A stretch of DNA of 64,000 nt, taken from Chrysomallon squamiferum. Lineage: Eukaryota > Animalia > Mollusca. Numbering within the stretch: position 1 is the first letter of the stretch; each line of letters opens with the position of its first letter. The position numbers and the translations under genes are program-made. The stretch is from positions 6,262,001-6,326,000 of the forward strand of contig CM022679.1 of NCBI GenBank assembly GCA_012295275.1, in the 5' to 3' direction. The notes beneath the pieces are model-generated. The model saw nothing but the letters and a program-made list of their open reading frames with translations. It did not search any database and was not told the origin of the DNA. Shown piece by piece: positions 1-14,584 of the stretch.

Positions 1-52
1 AGCGATACAAAATGTTCACTGTTACGATCAAATCGTACAAGGAATGCAAACT

Positions 53-645
53 ATGGCGTCACAGCCCACGACAATCGGAAATGGGTATGACCAGGTTGCC
101 GGTTCATACTACTTAGTGGTTAATAATAGCCAGCTTTACGTTTCGTGTAAGGGTGTATAAATATATGTATTATGCATATACTACGACCAGTATTTGTTAG
201 GAAAATTTGAATCTCAGAAACATGGAAAAAAAGGCTCTTGTTAGGTTACTTACTTTGATGCTGCCAAATCCAGAGAACGGAATTACAGAGGAAGATATGT
301 AAGTGAAATTAATAGGTTAATTTTTATTGGAATTTCAAAAAGGAGGAATTATTAACAAACAGTTAAAAACGATTATATTTAATGTAAATTATTAATTTAA
401 ATATTTTAAAGAAAGCCGATATGATTGTCTATATAATTTAGAAATTGCGTTTGCTTAATTTTGTATGAGCTATTGATTTTAAATAGTTCAGGATTTATGA
501 TAATCTAATAGTAATATATATAATTTACAAAAGTGTCAGTTTTATTTATCCGAGTTAGTATGGTGTCTTTTGTTGTTGTTATTTTCTATCTTTCTTTCTT
601 TCTTCTTATTGTTGTTGTTGATATTATTGTTATTATTATTATTAA

Positions 646-686
<41 letters not shown>

Positions 687-897
687 CTTTTTTCTTCTTC
701 TTTCAGGGGTTTTTGTCGTTTCTTTTTCTTTTCTTCAGTTTAATTTTAAATTCATGACGTATATTTTAAACTATTGGGGGGGATGTCAGTAATCGGATAC
801 TTTTCATGTACTAATGCTTAAATATCTGATTTAATTAAAACGTACGTCAAGGATTATTTTGATGGCTCCGTTATAGTTGTATTAAAGAATTAATCTG

Positions 898-958
<61 letters not shown>

Positions 959-3900
959 AATATTTATTGCTTTATTTGTGTTTCACAGAGTGGCGGTCCC
1001 AGCAGGGCCTGGTCCGGGTAGTTACGACAGCCAAGTGTCAGCCCAGCTCTACGACTTCTCACAGAAAAGTGACCAGCAGTCTTATCTTAGCCAACAACCC
1101 ACGATGAACTCAACTGATGCGTACAACAGACCGCAGCACGGACGGACACCATCTCTACCCACTGAAACATACAGCAGCAGAGGTTACCAGGATATGGACT
1201 ACCAGTCTCAAAGATTTCAACCAAAGAGTCCCACGTATCCAGATTATACAGTTGGATATGGTGGTGATCCGTACAATCTACGTAGTCACATAACTAATCC
1301 ACCAAGTACCTACCAGTCATCATCATATGTACCAGCGTATGAGGTGGGAAGTTCCATGTCCCTTCCTAGGGATGTGGGCCAGGGCTCCAGGACTGGATCC
1401 TATCAATCTCCAAATGTGCAATATCAGCGTCAAAATGTGCCAAACTACTCAAACACGTACAGTCCTTCCTCGCAGACTCAGTACGACTCGAAGGATACGA
1501 AATTTTCAGACAGTTACTACGGACCCTCTGGTCAACGTCAGGATCAATTATACAATCCCACGCCTGCTTCTTCTTCTAGGAGTGTTCCTAATTACACACC
1601 ATCTTCGACAACGACAGATTTTTACGAAAAGGATTCATTCAGGGGTCCCGAATTTTCGAACTATCAGAGGACTCCTCAGCAGACATACCAAAGTCCAGTG
1701 TCTTCGTCACAATCATACCAAAGTTCAGTAGCGTCAGTAAATGCGGATAACCGGAGCTTAATTCAGCAAAGTCAGCCTTATCAAGCTTCTCCTCAGCAAA
1801 CAGGCTACGGTAGAAGTTTAAGCAGAGAATATCAGGCACCACCCGAGCCGCCTGCGTTCGCTAGGAGTCAGAGCAGGGAGTATCAACCACCAGAGCAGCC
1901 AGTTTATAGCAGAAGTCAGAGCAGAGAGTACCAGCCTCAGACAGATACTGGCCTGTACAGTCGTGTTCAAGGGACAGAATATTATAGTCCACAGCCAGCA
2001 GACAGTTTTCAAAGCCGCGGTTATCAGTCTCCTCCAAAAGACCTTTATGGAAGAAGCCAGAGTCGTGAGTACCAACCAGATTCATCGGAACGGATGTTTG
2101 GCAAAAATCTGAGTCAAGATTATCGTCCAGAGCCTACGACCTACAGCAGGAGTCATAGCAGAGACTCGCATCCTACATCTCCTTTTTCTAGATCTAATGA
2201 ACCTCCTCAGTTTGGTGATAGTTATTCAAATACTCATGATTTTGCCATTCAGTCAAGTCTTCCAGGGGTTTCCTATGGGCGACAGACAAGCAAAGAGATG
2301 CAGCCAGCACCTTCCTATTCTATATCAAACCAAACTCCTCAGTACGATAGTGGATTCAGTACTACATATTCGCCAACACCACCTAAGAGCCAGACATCTG
2401 ATATGTATGGTTATATTTCCCCATACTCCACAGAAACAAGTAGAAGTGACCCACAGTCAGCGCTAGACGGAAGCTACAGAACGTTCAGTCCGGCAGCAAC
2501 GTCATCTGATGTGGATCCTTTTGCTGAAGTGAGCAAAGAACTTGAGGCATTATCAGTGTCACTCGGCTCACCTACTCGTGAAAAGATACCCGTGAGTGAG
2601 CCCGTCAGATTGCCCCCGTCGCCACCACCAGCACCGGTTGCCCCACCTCCGCCTCCACCGCCTCCACCACCACCTCCACCTCCTCCTCCACCACCACCAC
2701 CTTCCGAGTTGCCGCCAGTAAGAAGGACAGATTTTCAGGTAATTCATATTTGTTAAAGAGTGATCGAGTAAACAATTTTACTAGAAAATACTTCTGTTTA
2801 TCATGTCAGTTAGTTCGTGCGTGTATGTGTGTCTCTCTGTCTTTACTTATTTCTGTGTCTGTGTATGTTGGTTAGGTGAATGAAACAGAACGAATAGTAA
2901 CGAAGCTTTTTGTAATCTTAAACATCGAGTCTGTTAGAAAGAATGAGAGAGAGAGAGAGAGCATCAGTAGACATATAGAGAGAATGAATGGGATTGATCT
3001 AATGTGTTTTTGAAAATGTTTTGTTGTCGATCTTTTACATTTACGGAGCAAAAAAAAAAAAAAAAAAAAAAAAAAAGGTAATTTAGTAATCATTGCCAGT
3101 TACAAATTGTTACGCCTTCGGCTGTGAGCGAGGTGAAGCTTATGCGGACTCATGTTTTACTGTCATTCACAATATCTAAGGAAGGGTAACTATAGGTTTT
3201 TCTTTATTGCTGTGAAAAGAGAACGACCTGGTGTAGATTTTTATCAACAAGAGTTTAGTAGGTCAATTATTTACGTGTGATGTTACAGATAGATACATTA
3301 AGTAAGGACATTATCCTGACACTCACCTGTGAAAGTGTATAATGACCTCAAAGTTTACTAACCCGCTTTGAAACTAGTGCGCCTTCTCTGCGACTAACAA
3401 CAAGAAGGAGAGAGGGAGATAGAAATACAAAGAGAGAGAATTAGATGAATACCTCTGAACATCTAAGTAGCATTCAATCGATTTCATTGTATCTCTTTCT
3501 CTTTTATGTATAACACAAATCAACGAACAGTTAACGTGATCGCCAGTCTTTAAAACAATCGAAAGTGATTCGTTTGTACTTAATATATAGATTTAAACCG
3601 ATAAGCCCTTCTGTAAAGTCATTACGTGTTGAACCCAACCCATATTACTTTAAATGGTCTCGTCTGGTTGCGTATCATTAGCTAATTGCCTGAGTGGGTT
3701 ATTCCTTTTTAAGGTTGGATAGCTCGAAGCTCTTTACTAACAACAGTCACGTGTCACTGGCAGCAGACGTATATGACATTTTTTAAAAACATATTATACT
3801 AAGTTAACGGGGGAAAGCGTTAATAATATTAATAATAATTTCAAAATTGAATTGACCATAATATTAAACTGTACCCGTTATTGACTACAGGACTATAAAT

Positions 3901-4648
3901 TTAAATGGATTTTACATATCACATTATATCATTGCATAAATTTACGATTTATAAAATACGAGTTGATAGCTTCATTGCTTACAATAACTGTCACAGCTTG
4001 GAAAGTGGTACTAAACAAGTAACAGTTGTCAAATGCATAAGAACCAACTGACTTGGAGAGAGGGACGTTAAACTTATGAAATTTGAACTAACTCGTAACA
4101 ATCGGAATATTTCAGATGAATCATCAAATTAATTGACAGTGTAACAGCATTTCTTTCATATATTTCTTAAAATAAATTATTGCAAGTTTAATGTCTTAAA
4201 CGTCTGTGAAAATTTTCCTGTAACGATTTCTTCTACCTAGAATGAAGTTTGACATTACAATCACCTCTTTAAAAAAAAAAAAAGCCTTTATTTTATTTCT
4301 CTTCATATCTACATACAATTAAACACACGTAACGTGTTTCGCATATGTGGGCGTTTTCTCCATAACACGTGTGTATGTGTATGTTATAAGCCAATTACCT
4401 TAGCTGTGGAATTATGACCACACGAACGTGGGTAAGTTAAATGTCAGGAAATAGGTTGTGTTCGCTCGAGGCAGTTGAGACCTCGCCTTGTGCTTTGATG
4501 ATTTCATTATTCAACACATCGGAGTAATCATTATTGTCTTGCGCGGTGATATATCCAGCTTGCGTTGTTAAACTCTAGTATACGGGTATGTCTGACCAGT
4601 TGTGTCAGACGCAAAATTGGCTGCCTGGTTCAGAACAGGTGAGGATGT

Positions 4649-4681
<33 letters not shown>

Positions 4682-7600
4682 GAAATGGGGCGATCTTATT
4701 TCTCCGGGATAGCTATCTCTAATCTGACTTCATATTTTAAGTATGTATATGTTTAGTAATGACAGTAACAACAACAACAACAATAGCAATAACAACAATA
4801 ATAATAATAATAATAATAATAATTATCATTATTATCATTATCATTCTTCTTCTTCTTCTTATTATTATTATTATTAGGTATTGTTGTTGTTGTTGTCATT
4901 ACTGATCGACGTTGTTTATGTTATTTATGATCAAAACATTTTTTTTTTAAATTTCTGATACATTCGATACAGCATTTTTCACCCAAGGACTTTGTTCTGG
5001 AAATACAGTTGGCAGCGAGTGGTTTAAAACTATTGGACAATTTAAACTGAATAATGTACATATGGAATCATGGGGAGGGAAACTAAGAAAACAGCGAAAC
5101 GTAAAAGATCCTGACGAGAAAGATAGGGATGGGCATATAAAAATAGTAATTTAACGTCTAAATTATTAAATGTCATCGACTGGTGTGCAATAATGATTTC
5201 CTTGTTGCGATTTGCTTTTGATCTTAAAAGTTCATCCACTGTTCTCAGAGTTTTGGCTTACAACCCTGGGTCGAACGTTACGCTTTTTAAATGCAGCCTT
5301 GTAAACATTTGTCACCTGCCGCGTGAAGCCAAAACATGATTGGAATACGTAATATGTGTTGTAAGTTTAAAAGTTGCACTGGATACACTTAAGATAATAG
5401 TCTGGAACTCTGGGAGGCCGTTGGTATAAGACCTCACACGAATTTCTCTTTCTTGTTTCATTTAACATTTCTTTCAGTTTTATTTTCTTCAGTTTCTATA
5501 AGATATTTTACATATTATAATAATTCTTGGGCTGTATGTGTGAATTGTGTTTATTATAAATGCACATTATTATTTTATTAAAGGTGTTTATTTTTATAAC
5601 AAGGAAGGGAAAAAATTATTAAAAGAAAAAAGGACGGAAGATAAATAAAAAGGTGGACACTTCTAACCTACTAAGAACCATACCGGACTAAGAATGTCGC
5701 CGTGGTGAACTCCCCTCATTATCTGTTAGGTTCATTATGTTCACATATGATGCTTTCTTCGTTTGTTTGCCAAACAGTGTTCCGTGGTCCTCACGTACTT
5801 AACACTTCTACCCGGTAGCTATCCGTTTTAACTCGACACACAGACATAGGTATTATTTTCTTTGGTAGTCCTAAGTGACCTCGTAGGCTTTTTTAAAAGA
5901 TGGATTGATGTGTCTACAGCTTCTTATGTCTTTTAACAGAGACTCGACAGGTCAAGAGTTTTGCCGAATGACAGGTGACCAATCAAATATAAATTAACAA
6001 GACAGACCAATCATTTCATTTTTGAAGTTTGTCAGGTACATCTGAAATATTTATGAAATATTTTTACCCCTCTATACTAAATCCAGCCTGACCCCTTTAA
6101 TATATTTGTTTAATATCATATCCGCATATAAAAACATCTTCTACACTGTATACGTTTTATCAAAATAGTTGCAGTTATTACTATGGACGTTTTAGTTATA
6201 TGCTAATTGTATCGTTTCAGGCTCGAGATAACCACGCCGCTGACCATCCATCGGGTGGCCAGAAAGTTCCTGATGGGATTTTGAGTGCCATGAACAAACC
6301 AGGAGCAAAACCGTTTTCTTATGGAATAGATCTGGCGGAACTGAAGGAGAAGACTCAGTAAGTTTACTAATGAAAATTAATTAAAACTTTTTATAGCTAG
6401 TTAATGTGTAGTGTTCTTACTATTTTCAGGAAAATATTGTTATTTTTGCTACTCCTACAAGAAGGATAAAATATTCCAGTTTTCGTTCTGGAATACCTAC
6501 GTGGGCTGTTGTCTTCTGATATGAAACTGAACAGGAGATTTAAAAGAGAGAAACCTGAGCTTCGAAGACATCAGTAACAATATTTTTTGTCTTCTCGTTA
6601 AGCTACAGATATTTTGGCATGTACGCTGATATCACAGTAATACCGCGAACCTTTCTGATGAATAATAGTTTAATGACTGCCATGTAGAATGAGCAGTAGT
6701 GATCGGAATAATAATTTACGTAACCTGATGATGAAATCGAAATGGTATATAAAGTGTAAGAAATAATAACAGTTTCTGAATCAGTGACAAATTCTTATAA
6801 TCGTAATACAACAAAAATAACAATAAAAATAAAAATAGAAGATTGTCATAATGATGATGAAGAAGACGAAGGCCTTTTAACTCTTGATGTTTAGATACAA
6901 CCATATTTTTATATTTATTTATGATGAAGCAGTAGTAGCCACAACTGTGAAAGAAAACGGAACTGATAGAGCACGATTGATGGGATATCTTCTTTTCATT
7001 ATTATCATTCCAGGATATAAGATACGATGCTTTGTCTTCCTCGATATTTGTTTGACCTTTTAGATTACTCAGTTCGTATGTTGAGTTTAGGAAGTAGTGC
7101 ATAGAACACTCGTATCCGATTTTTAAGAAAATACCAATGTTTGTGTACTTGTTAAGTATATATTAATAATATCTGTGTGTTTGTTCATGCGTGTGTACGT
7201 GCGTTTGTGTTTTAATTTGAGTTTTCATGTTTAGTAGTTATTATTAAAACTCATTTTTATCTTTGTTTTCAATTAAAGGATAAATTCATGTTTGAACTCT
7301 ATCACTGTGTTAAGACAATAGATTAATAAAAGTTTTTTTTTTAATATAGGTATCTTTAAAATGAACATGCCATTTTGTATGAAGTCATCTGTTTTCCGGC
7401 CAAAGTTTTAATTCTGATAGTAGCATTTTAAACGTGCTGAACAACATTGTTTTTTAATGACAATTATCTTGTTTATGACATGAATTTGTATACATGTATT
7501 CACTATTTGAAAGTTTCCATATCTTCTGTTTTATTATTTGTTTTTCATAAGTCTGTTCTATTCTCGGATCGACAGGAATTGAGAACCGGATAGGCATTCT

Positions 7601-9427
7601 CACCGCTTAACTATCTCTAGCTTTTATTTCTGTTGTTTATTCATGGAATGTTGATTCTGAAAATAAAACACAAATATATCACGAAGTACTGTCATGTTCT
7701 TGAACAGTGTGAATCGCTCTGGTGTAAATTTACATAATCTGTCATTTTGTCATTCGTCAGATCCTTGTCCTGTCTCAGGATAAAGAGAATGTTTTATTTA
7801 GTCATTAAATTTAACAGTAACTTATTGTTTGTCTTAAATTCCTTTTTCAGGAGGCGAGCACCACCTACCGTGCCAAAGAAGAAGAAACAAGTCGAATCTA
7901 CAGCAACGAATGAAAACGTAGCACCAAACAGACAACAGTACGTCGCAACAGGTCCAGTGGCATCAAGGTCAGAAAACGTAGAGGGGTATTTGACCTTCTC
8001 CGTCTTTTTTTCTGTTTTTTTTTTAACAAACGTTACTACAAACAAAAAGCAAATAATGAATGAGAAAAGTTAAATTCTTTAAAAATCAGTGCGCGCCAAA
8101 ACAGAAGGATATCATTTTCTTCAGAAGCGTTGAAATCAATTGATAAAAGTCAGTTCAACATTTAAGAAAGATAAAAGTAGTTTTCACAAAACTAATAGTC
8201 AAAATATTATAATGTTTTCCCCATTCAGGATGTTTCTCACGAGAATAAAGTTATCCTATCCTTATCGCATGCTCAAAAATAACCTATAAACGTTTCTTTT
8301 TCTTTTTCTTTAATAAAAAAAAAAAAAAAATGAAAATAAAACTGTTTCTCTGAAAATATATATGAAGTCAGAGCAGAAAGCCTCACGTAATAAAATTAAA
8401 GTAAATGGCATTTTGAAAGACGTTCTGGATTACATTAGTATGAAATTTCACAGCAGATACCTCAGAGGTAGATTGAGCGATATGTATTTTTCGATGCAAC
8501 TATTAATATGAAATGTGTTTTATTAATAATCCGAATGCACCTCTCAAAGATTTGCACCTACTTTATTAATCGAAATAACGTTAATAATGTGCTAAAATAA
8601 AGATATTTAAAAACTGAGCCGATTTTAAAGCAGACTTTTTACTAACTTAGTTTCTTGATTTCTTGATTTATTTATTATGAATATATCATTAAAAAAAATT
8701 TTTTTTATGACTCCAAACTTTCTTCTTTTACTTCTTTTTTTTTTTCTTCTCTTTTAAATAATAATAATAATAATAATAATAATAACCAGAAAGTCAACCA
8801 TTTACAAATCATTGAATATTTTAACAATTCCTGGTTGTTAAATTCTACCCTAGAAACATTTGAACTCTTAAGAGTAAAATCTTGTAACCCGTGTCGTCCG
8901 AACGTTAGGAATTTCCACCAATTTAAACTTATATCTAATAGCCTTATTAACGTTTTAGCTGAAGATTTCAGCCTCTTTATATTTTATCATGTTTCCATTC
9001 TAAGAATTATTATCGGCTAACAGCCTGTTCCGATCTCCAGTTATCGGTTTCTACCTAATTTATCTTTTTATTCCTTTCGCTTAAAACGCCTCCTCATTGG
9101 CCCGTTGCCAGGTCACGTGCTTTTGACGAGAATACCATTCTCCTTTACGTCTGCCATCAGCCAAGTGTACATAAATAGCTCAAAAAAATGTTATCGAAGC
9201 AAACGAAAGATGAAGGTAACCCTCGGCCCGCTACATTTCTTTTAGTACACGCAGTCAGAGCTATCGCTCAAGTGCTGTTCTTTTTAAAACATTCAGTCTA
9301 TCATTTTTATAAAAAGAATGGCTTAAAATATTTCGTTATTTAAGAAAATAAATAAATTAAAAAAAATATTTTTCGGTATTATTTTATTTTTATTTATTTA
9401 TTTATTTATTTATTTATTATTATTATT

Positions 9428-9485
<58 letters not shown>

Positions 9486-9501
9486 TTTTGTTGTTGTTGT
9501 T

Positions 9502-9537
<36 letters not shown>

Positions 9538-10988
9538 TGTGTGTATGAAAAAGAATTACCCTGTATATATAAAGGTCATCAAATCGTTTTTCCATTTCGT
9601 CGTATAATAATAAAAATAATAATAACAATAATAATAATAATAATAATCATCAAGGGCTGATCTCGGATTTCTATACAAGACAGAGCCATCGTTTTGGTTA
9701 TTACAGATTTATAGCTTTTAAGTCGTAAAATTATTCGTGCGAAAGTCTGTTGAATCTTTTGCAGCCGTGAAAAAAACATCGTTGTTATATTAATAACATA
9801 TGCTTTCTAGTGCTATGTCAGTCTTCTTTGTAATCACAATAATTCATAATGAACCACTGCTGTAAAAATGAAATGTTCTTAGTTAAATAACAATCTGTCA
9901 CCAGTGTCCAAGCACTGAACCCGTGTCTGTATGATAAGAAATGAGAAACATAAATCAAACTAATTTTTATTTCATTTGTAGTTATTATTCAGACTCATTG
10001 TTAGAAAACCGAAATCTAATAATTCCGGAATTCTTTTTCAAAAGGCTAAAATTATGTCATCCAAAAATACATACACATAAATTATTTGTGTTTTGGGTTC
10101 AGTTCATAAATATTCATGCATCTTCTGTTATTGAATCAACACATAAATAAAACAGAATTAATTTGTCCCATTAGATCTGCTTAAAATCGGCCAGTATAAA
10201 ATAAATAAATATATAGATAAATAAATACTTTTATTTCTGCAAACTTTTCTCACTTACCGATAGCCAGTGAAATTACAAACTTAATTCAACCAACATGAAA
10301 CACGGTTACGAATTATTTACCATTTAGATCTGTACATCTTGATGAAAATTAACAAAAAAATGGTGTATGCTGTCCTGCATTCACAACATAATAATTTTAT
10401 TTTATATTTTTCAGCTACAACAAGCCAGCGAAACACATAATTGAGTCGGAGACGTATCGCATGGTGCATGCTAATGAAAATGCTAAAAAGCCCGTGGTTG
10501 AGCACGAACCGGTCACCCATCAGCCTGGCAGCAAGCCAAATAAGCAGTCCATGTCATTTCGAGTGTTACAATGGATGACTGATACAGAGAGAGAAGAAGC
10601 GGAGCAGGAAAAACAAGGTCGGTAGAGCCTGTACTTTGTAACAAGTACTTACAGAAGTTCCTTGTCATCAGTACCAGTCTAAAACATTTACCACAATTAG
10701 TATTAACAATAAAACCAAAGAATGCTTTTATTCCCCTAAAACATCATTTTCATCTTCATCTGAAATATTTGTCTTTATATGATAATGATAACAACAACAA
10801 CAACAACAACAATAATAATAAAAATAAGAAATATAGGCGTTGTCCCTGTTATGCATTATCCTGTAATTTAGGATATTCGTATTTATTTTAAATTACTTCC
10901 CTGATTCGATTATATTACAAGTATTTATAGGGCAAATACAAATAAACCATTTCGGATTGTGTTAATTTGTAATATTAATAATAATAAC

Positions 10989-11020
<32 letters not shown>

Positions 11021-11230
11021 GGAACGAAATGAAGTGAGATTTTATTTACTTGCACATTTATTGATTTAATTTCATATGCAAATCATTTATTCATAGTAAT
11101 ATTCGTTGTATTTTGTTGCTTTGCTCACAGTAAAACCTTTAGGCATTAGTAAATGTATTATGTTATGAGAGCTGGTAAATTGTCTTGCATGTTGTTTGGC
11201 AACAATATAATGATTTATTCATCTTTCATT

Positions 11231-11316
<86 letters not shown>

Positions 11317-14300
11317 CAAATTTGTAGCTCATGGAAACTGAACTTTTAATACATTCATATTACTTCATGTCGCTATATGAACAATATCAAGTCTGAAGAT
11401 TAACTGTATGTCAATAAAATGCGTCAAAAATTAGAAGAGATAAGGTGTCTATTGATCACAGACAATTATCCTTTTTATTTGGTATTTTGAATGGTTCGCC
11501 ATTATGATGTAAGTATATTTCACATGGCAAAGCTTTTCTATTTAAACACATTAGAATGTTAATATTCTTGTATCACTATACTCGATGTTCAATTATTGGC
11601 AAAACTTTGGTTTCATCCTTTTCTGCCCATTTCACCAGCCTCCCTTCTTAATATGATCATGTTTTCAACCAATAAAACAAATTCCTCCCCCCAAAAGTTA
11701 ATTAAAACAATATGGCATTGTGTAAACTGGAATATATCCAAGAGTCACAGAATGACAACCCCATAAACAATATTGCAGAAAAGCCACGACATCAGCACAA
11801 CAGAGTGACACGTCATAACTCCGATGATGATGAAATGAGATTCTCGGGATTGCATCCAAAGACGCATATTCCGTCAGGGTCTTTCCAAAAGCTGAAACGG
11901 TACACAGGCACGGACAGTGAGATTTCAACTGGACAACAGTCAGAGAGAAATCAAGAAACAACTGAAGGTCAGGACCGAATACAAGTTTTGAGATTGATTC
12001 TTCTAAGAAATTACATAATCAGTCTGCCATAAGTATTATGCATGGACATAACTATATTAATTTCCTTTTATTTTTTTATTTTTTTATTCCTCTATTTAAA
12101 TTAACTTATTAAATGTCTGAATGTAACTCAGAATTTATTTGCTAATTTAAAGGTTTTAACAGTCATGATCTAATGGCATGATTTTGTATATAGCTGCTTT
12201 AATTGTCCATATATGATTATTAACTCGTTCTACTAAATTATATTTTAGAAAATCACTGCATAAACTATTTTACGAAGAAAAATTCGAAAATTACAACATA
12301 AAGTTTAACTGACAATCAAATTATTTGTTGGTTTTCCTTAGTTGATTAATAAAAGAATATCGAAGTTTTGAATTCCCATTTCCGCTTATAAACTTTTTAA
12401 TTTTTATTTATGTACCTGAGTTTTATATTGGCAACACGAACACAAATTATCTTCTACAGAAAAGAACGATGGTGTCGGAAATTATGATGAGACGTCAATC
12501 AGATATATGGGCAAACACATTCCCTCTCCTTCCTTCAGGGTTCTGCAATCTTGGGCAGAGCTGGATACCCCCGTGGATCGTACGTAATAATTTTATAGAT
12601 AACATTATAAATAACTGTATGTATGTCTATAAAAGGTACGTCTGGGTCTTACAAAAATAAAATTTAAAAATAATGAATAAACAAATAAATAAATTTAGTT
12701 TATTAATTCCGAGTTATTTTCTGAACTTAAGGAAACCACTGCTTTTGTAATTTCAAGATGATTCACTGACTGCTTCGTTTTTGTCAGTGTGTCATAAAAT
12801 CACGAGTTTACTAGATATAAATTTTAAAAAATGGATAATGATCTCTTCCTTGTATCTCAATGGAGTCATTATATATTCATCCACCAAAGTTCAGTATTAA
12901 TAATGAATTTAAAATCGACACATTTGCAGAATATTTTTAATTTTATAAATACAAAAAGATGGGTCAATTTCATGTTATATTTGTCTTATAATGTACAAAT
13001 ACATCATATATACAAAAAAAAAAAAAAAAAATGACGTGTGTTTGTGTTAATGTTTCATCGTCTTTTGTGGTAATGTACGTGCACATTATAGTTTATTTTG
13101 CCCATAATTATTTATTAGCAATCCTTGACTTAAGTACTCAAAGAATATCATTAAAAAAATATATGATATTTATATGCACGTCTTGTCAGGACAGCATCAG
13201 ATGTATTGAATGATACCACAGACGCATTTGGAAATTATTAATTAATAATTACAAATTATTGCTAATATACATATATATATTATTTGTACCATTATTCTTT
13301 TTGAATTCATTCTTTTTTCTTTATTTAAATTCTATCTTTCAGTTTAATTGTAATGATCAAAATTATAATAAATATCTTTTGTTTAATCCAACCCTTTTTC
13401 TTTTTTCTGTTATTATTGTTATTTTAACTTATGTAATTATTCGCGATATTAACTTATGTTCAGTGTTCAAGTTAAAATATATATAATTACTGATTTGTCA
13501 AAATAACCATTTTGTATCTTCATTTGGTATATTTTCACTGCTGGATTTATTAGAGTATTATAGAAATTATGTACCAGAATGTCTAATTACATTTTTTTCT
13601 TCTTCTTTTTGACACATAATGAAAATTCTCAGCACATTTTTTCTCGATTTCCTTTTAGAAAAAATCAGTCTTTCTGGGTTCATATTTGAGGCTAAGATAT
13701 CAAGTTTTCTAGAGAAAACTGAAAAATATTAATTTACAGATAAAAATATTTGCTTATGATAACCATTATCTCTTACTGCCAGCCAGATTTATGGTTTTAA
13801 TGATTTGATCTGTGGTAATAATTATTGTGCAGTTATTAACATCAGAAAAAAAGAAATGTGTACTTCTCTTATAGTATCTACAAAAACAGAAAAAGATAAA
13901 ACAATTTCTGCAGAAATACATAAAATTATTGAATTATTTTAATAAATCCTGTAATCTCGTCTAAGGCCTTTTGAATAACTAGTACTGATTCTAGGATTAC
14001 TTTTGACTTATTCTGTTTCAGTTGCAGTGAACTGAAATAATATTGTAGTGTTTATTTATTGCTGATGTTTTCTCAATCAGAACCAAGCAGGAAAAAGAAG
14101 GACGAGGATTCTGAGGACGATGGCTTGCCCGATACTCTGAACAGCGACGAAGTGGTCGACGTCAGGTACAAGGGCGGAAACATACCATCCAAAATATTTA
14201 AATCACTTCAGAAAGCTGTTGGTGATGACACGCCGGAAATCCCCGAAGGTTAGTTTTGTGCCGTTTGTAACATAATGTGAACGTCTTTCTATTTTATATA

Positions 14301-14533
14301 TAAAATCTCATAATGATCATTATGAAATACTGGGTCCATCCATTTGACTACAAATAAAAGAAAAAAAAAGTTGAGTATTTATAGATATTTATTATTTTAT
14401 TTATTTATTTTTTTTATTGAACGTTTTAGTTATTTACCTTGAACGTATATTTCGATACAAAACATGATGAATTACTTCAAATATTTCAAGAATCTGGGAA
14501 ATTGCTTAATTATATTTCTGTTTCAGATAAACA

Positions 14534-14584
<51 letters not shown>

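Noticed and set aside
533-757. Short ORFs with poly-Ile, poly-Asn, ER or HT runs (also 9410-9628, 11153-11341, 14439-14678, 47153-47473, 50646-50840, 53419-53622)
   Set aside because: They are translations of microsatellites with no splice or homology support.
1327-2466. Alternative-frame and antisense ORFs within the large exon of gene 1 (similar ones at 57778-58359)
   Set aside because: Expected shadows of a GC-richer coding exon, with no recognisable motifs.
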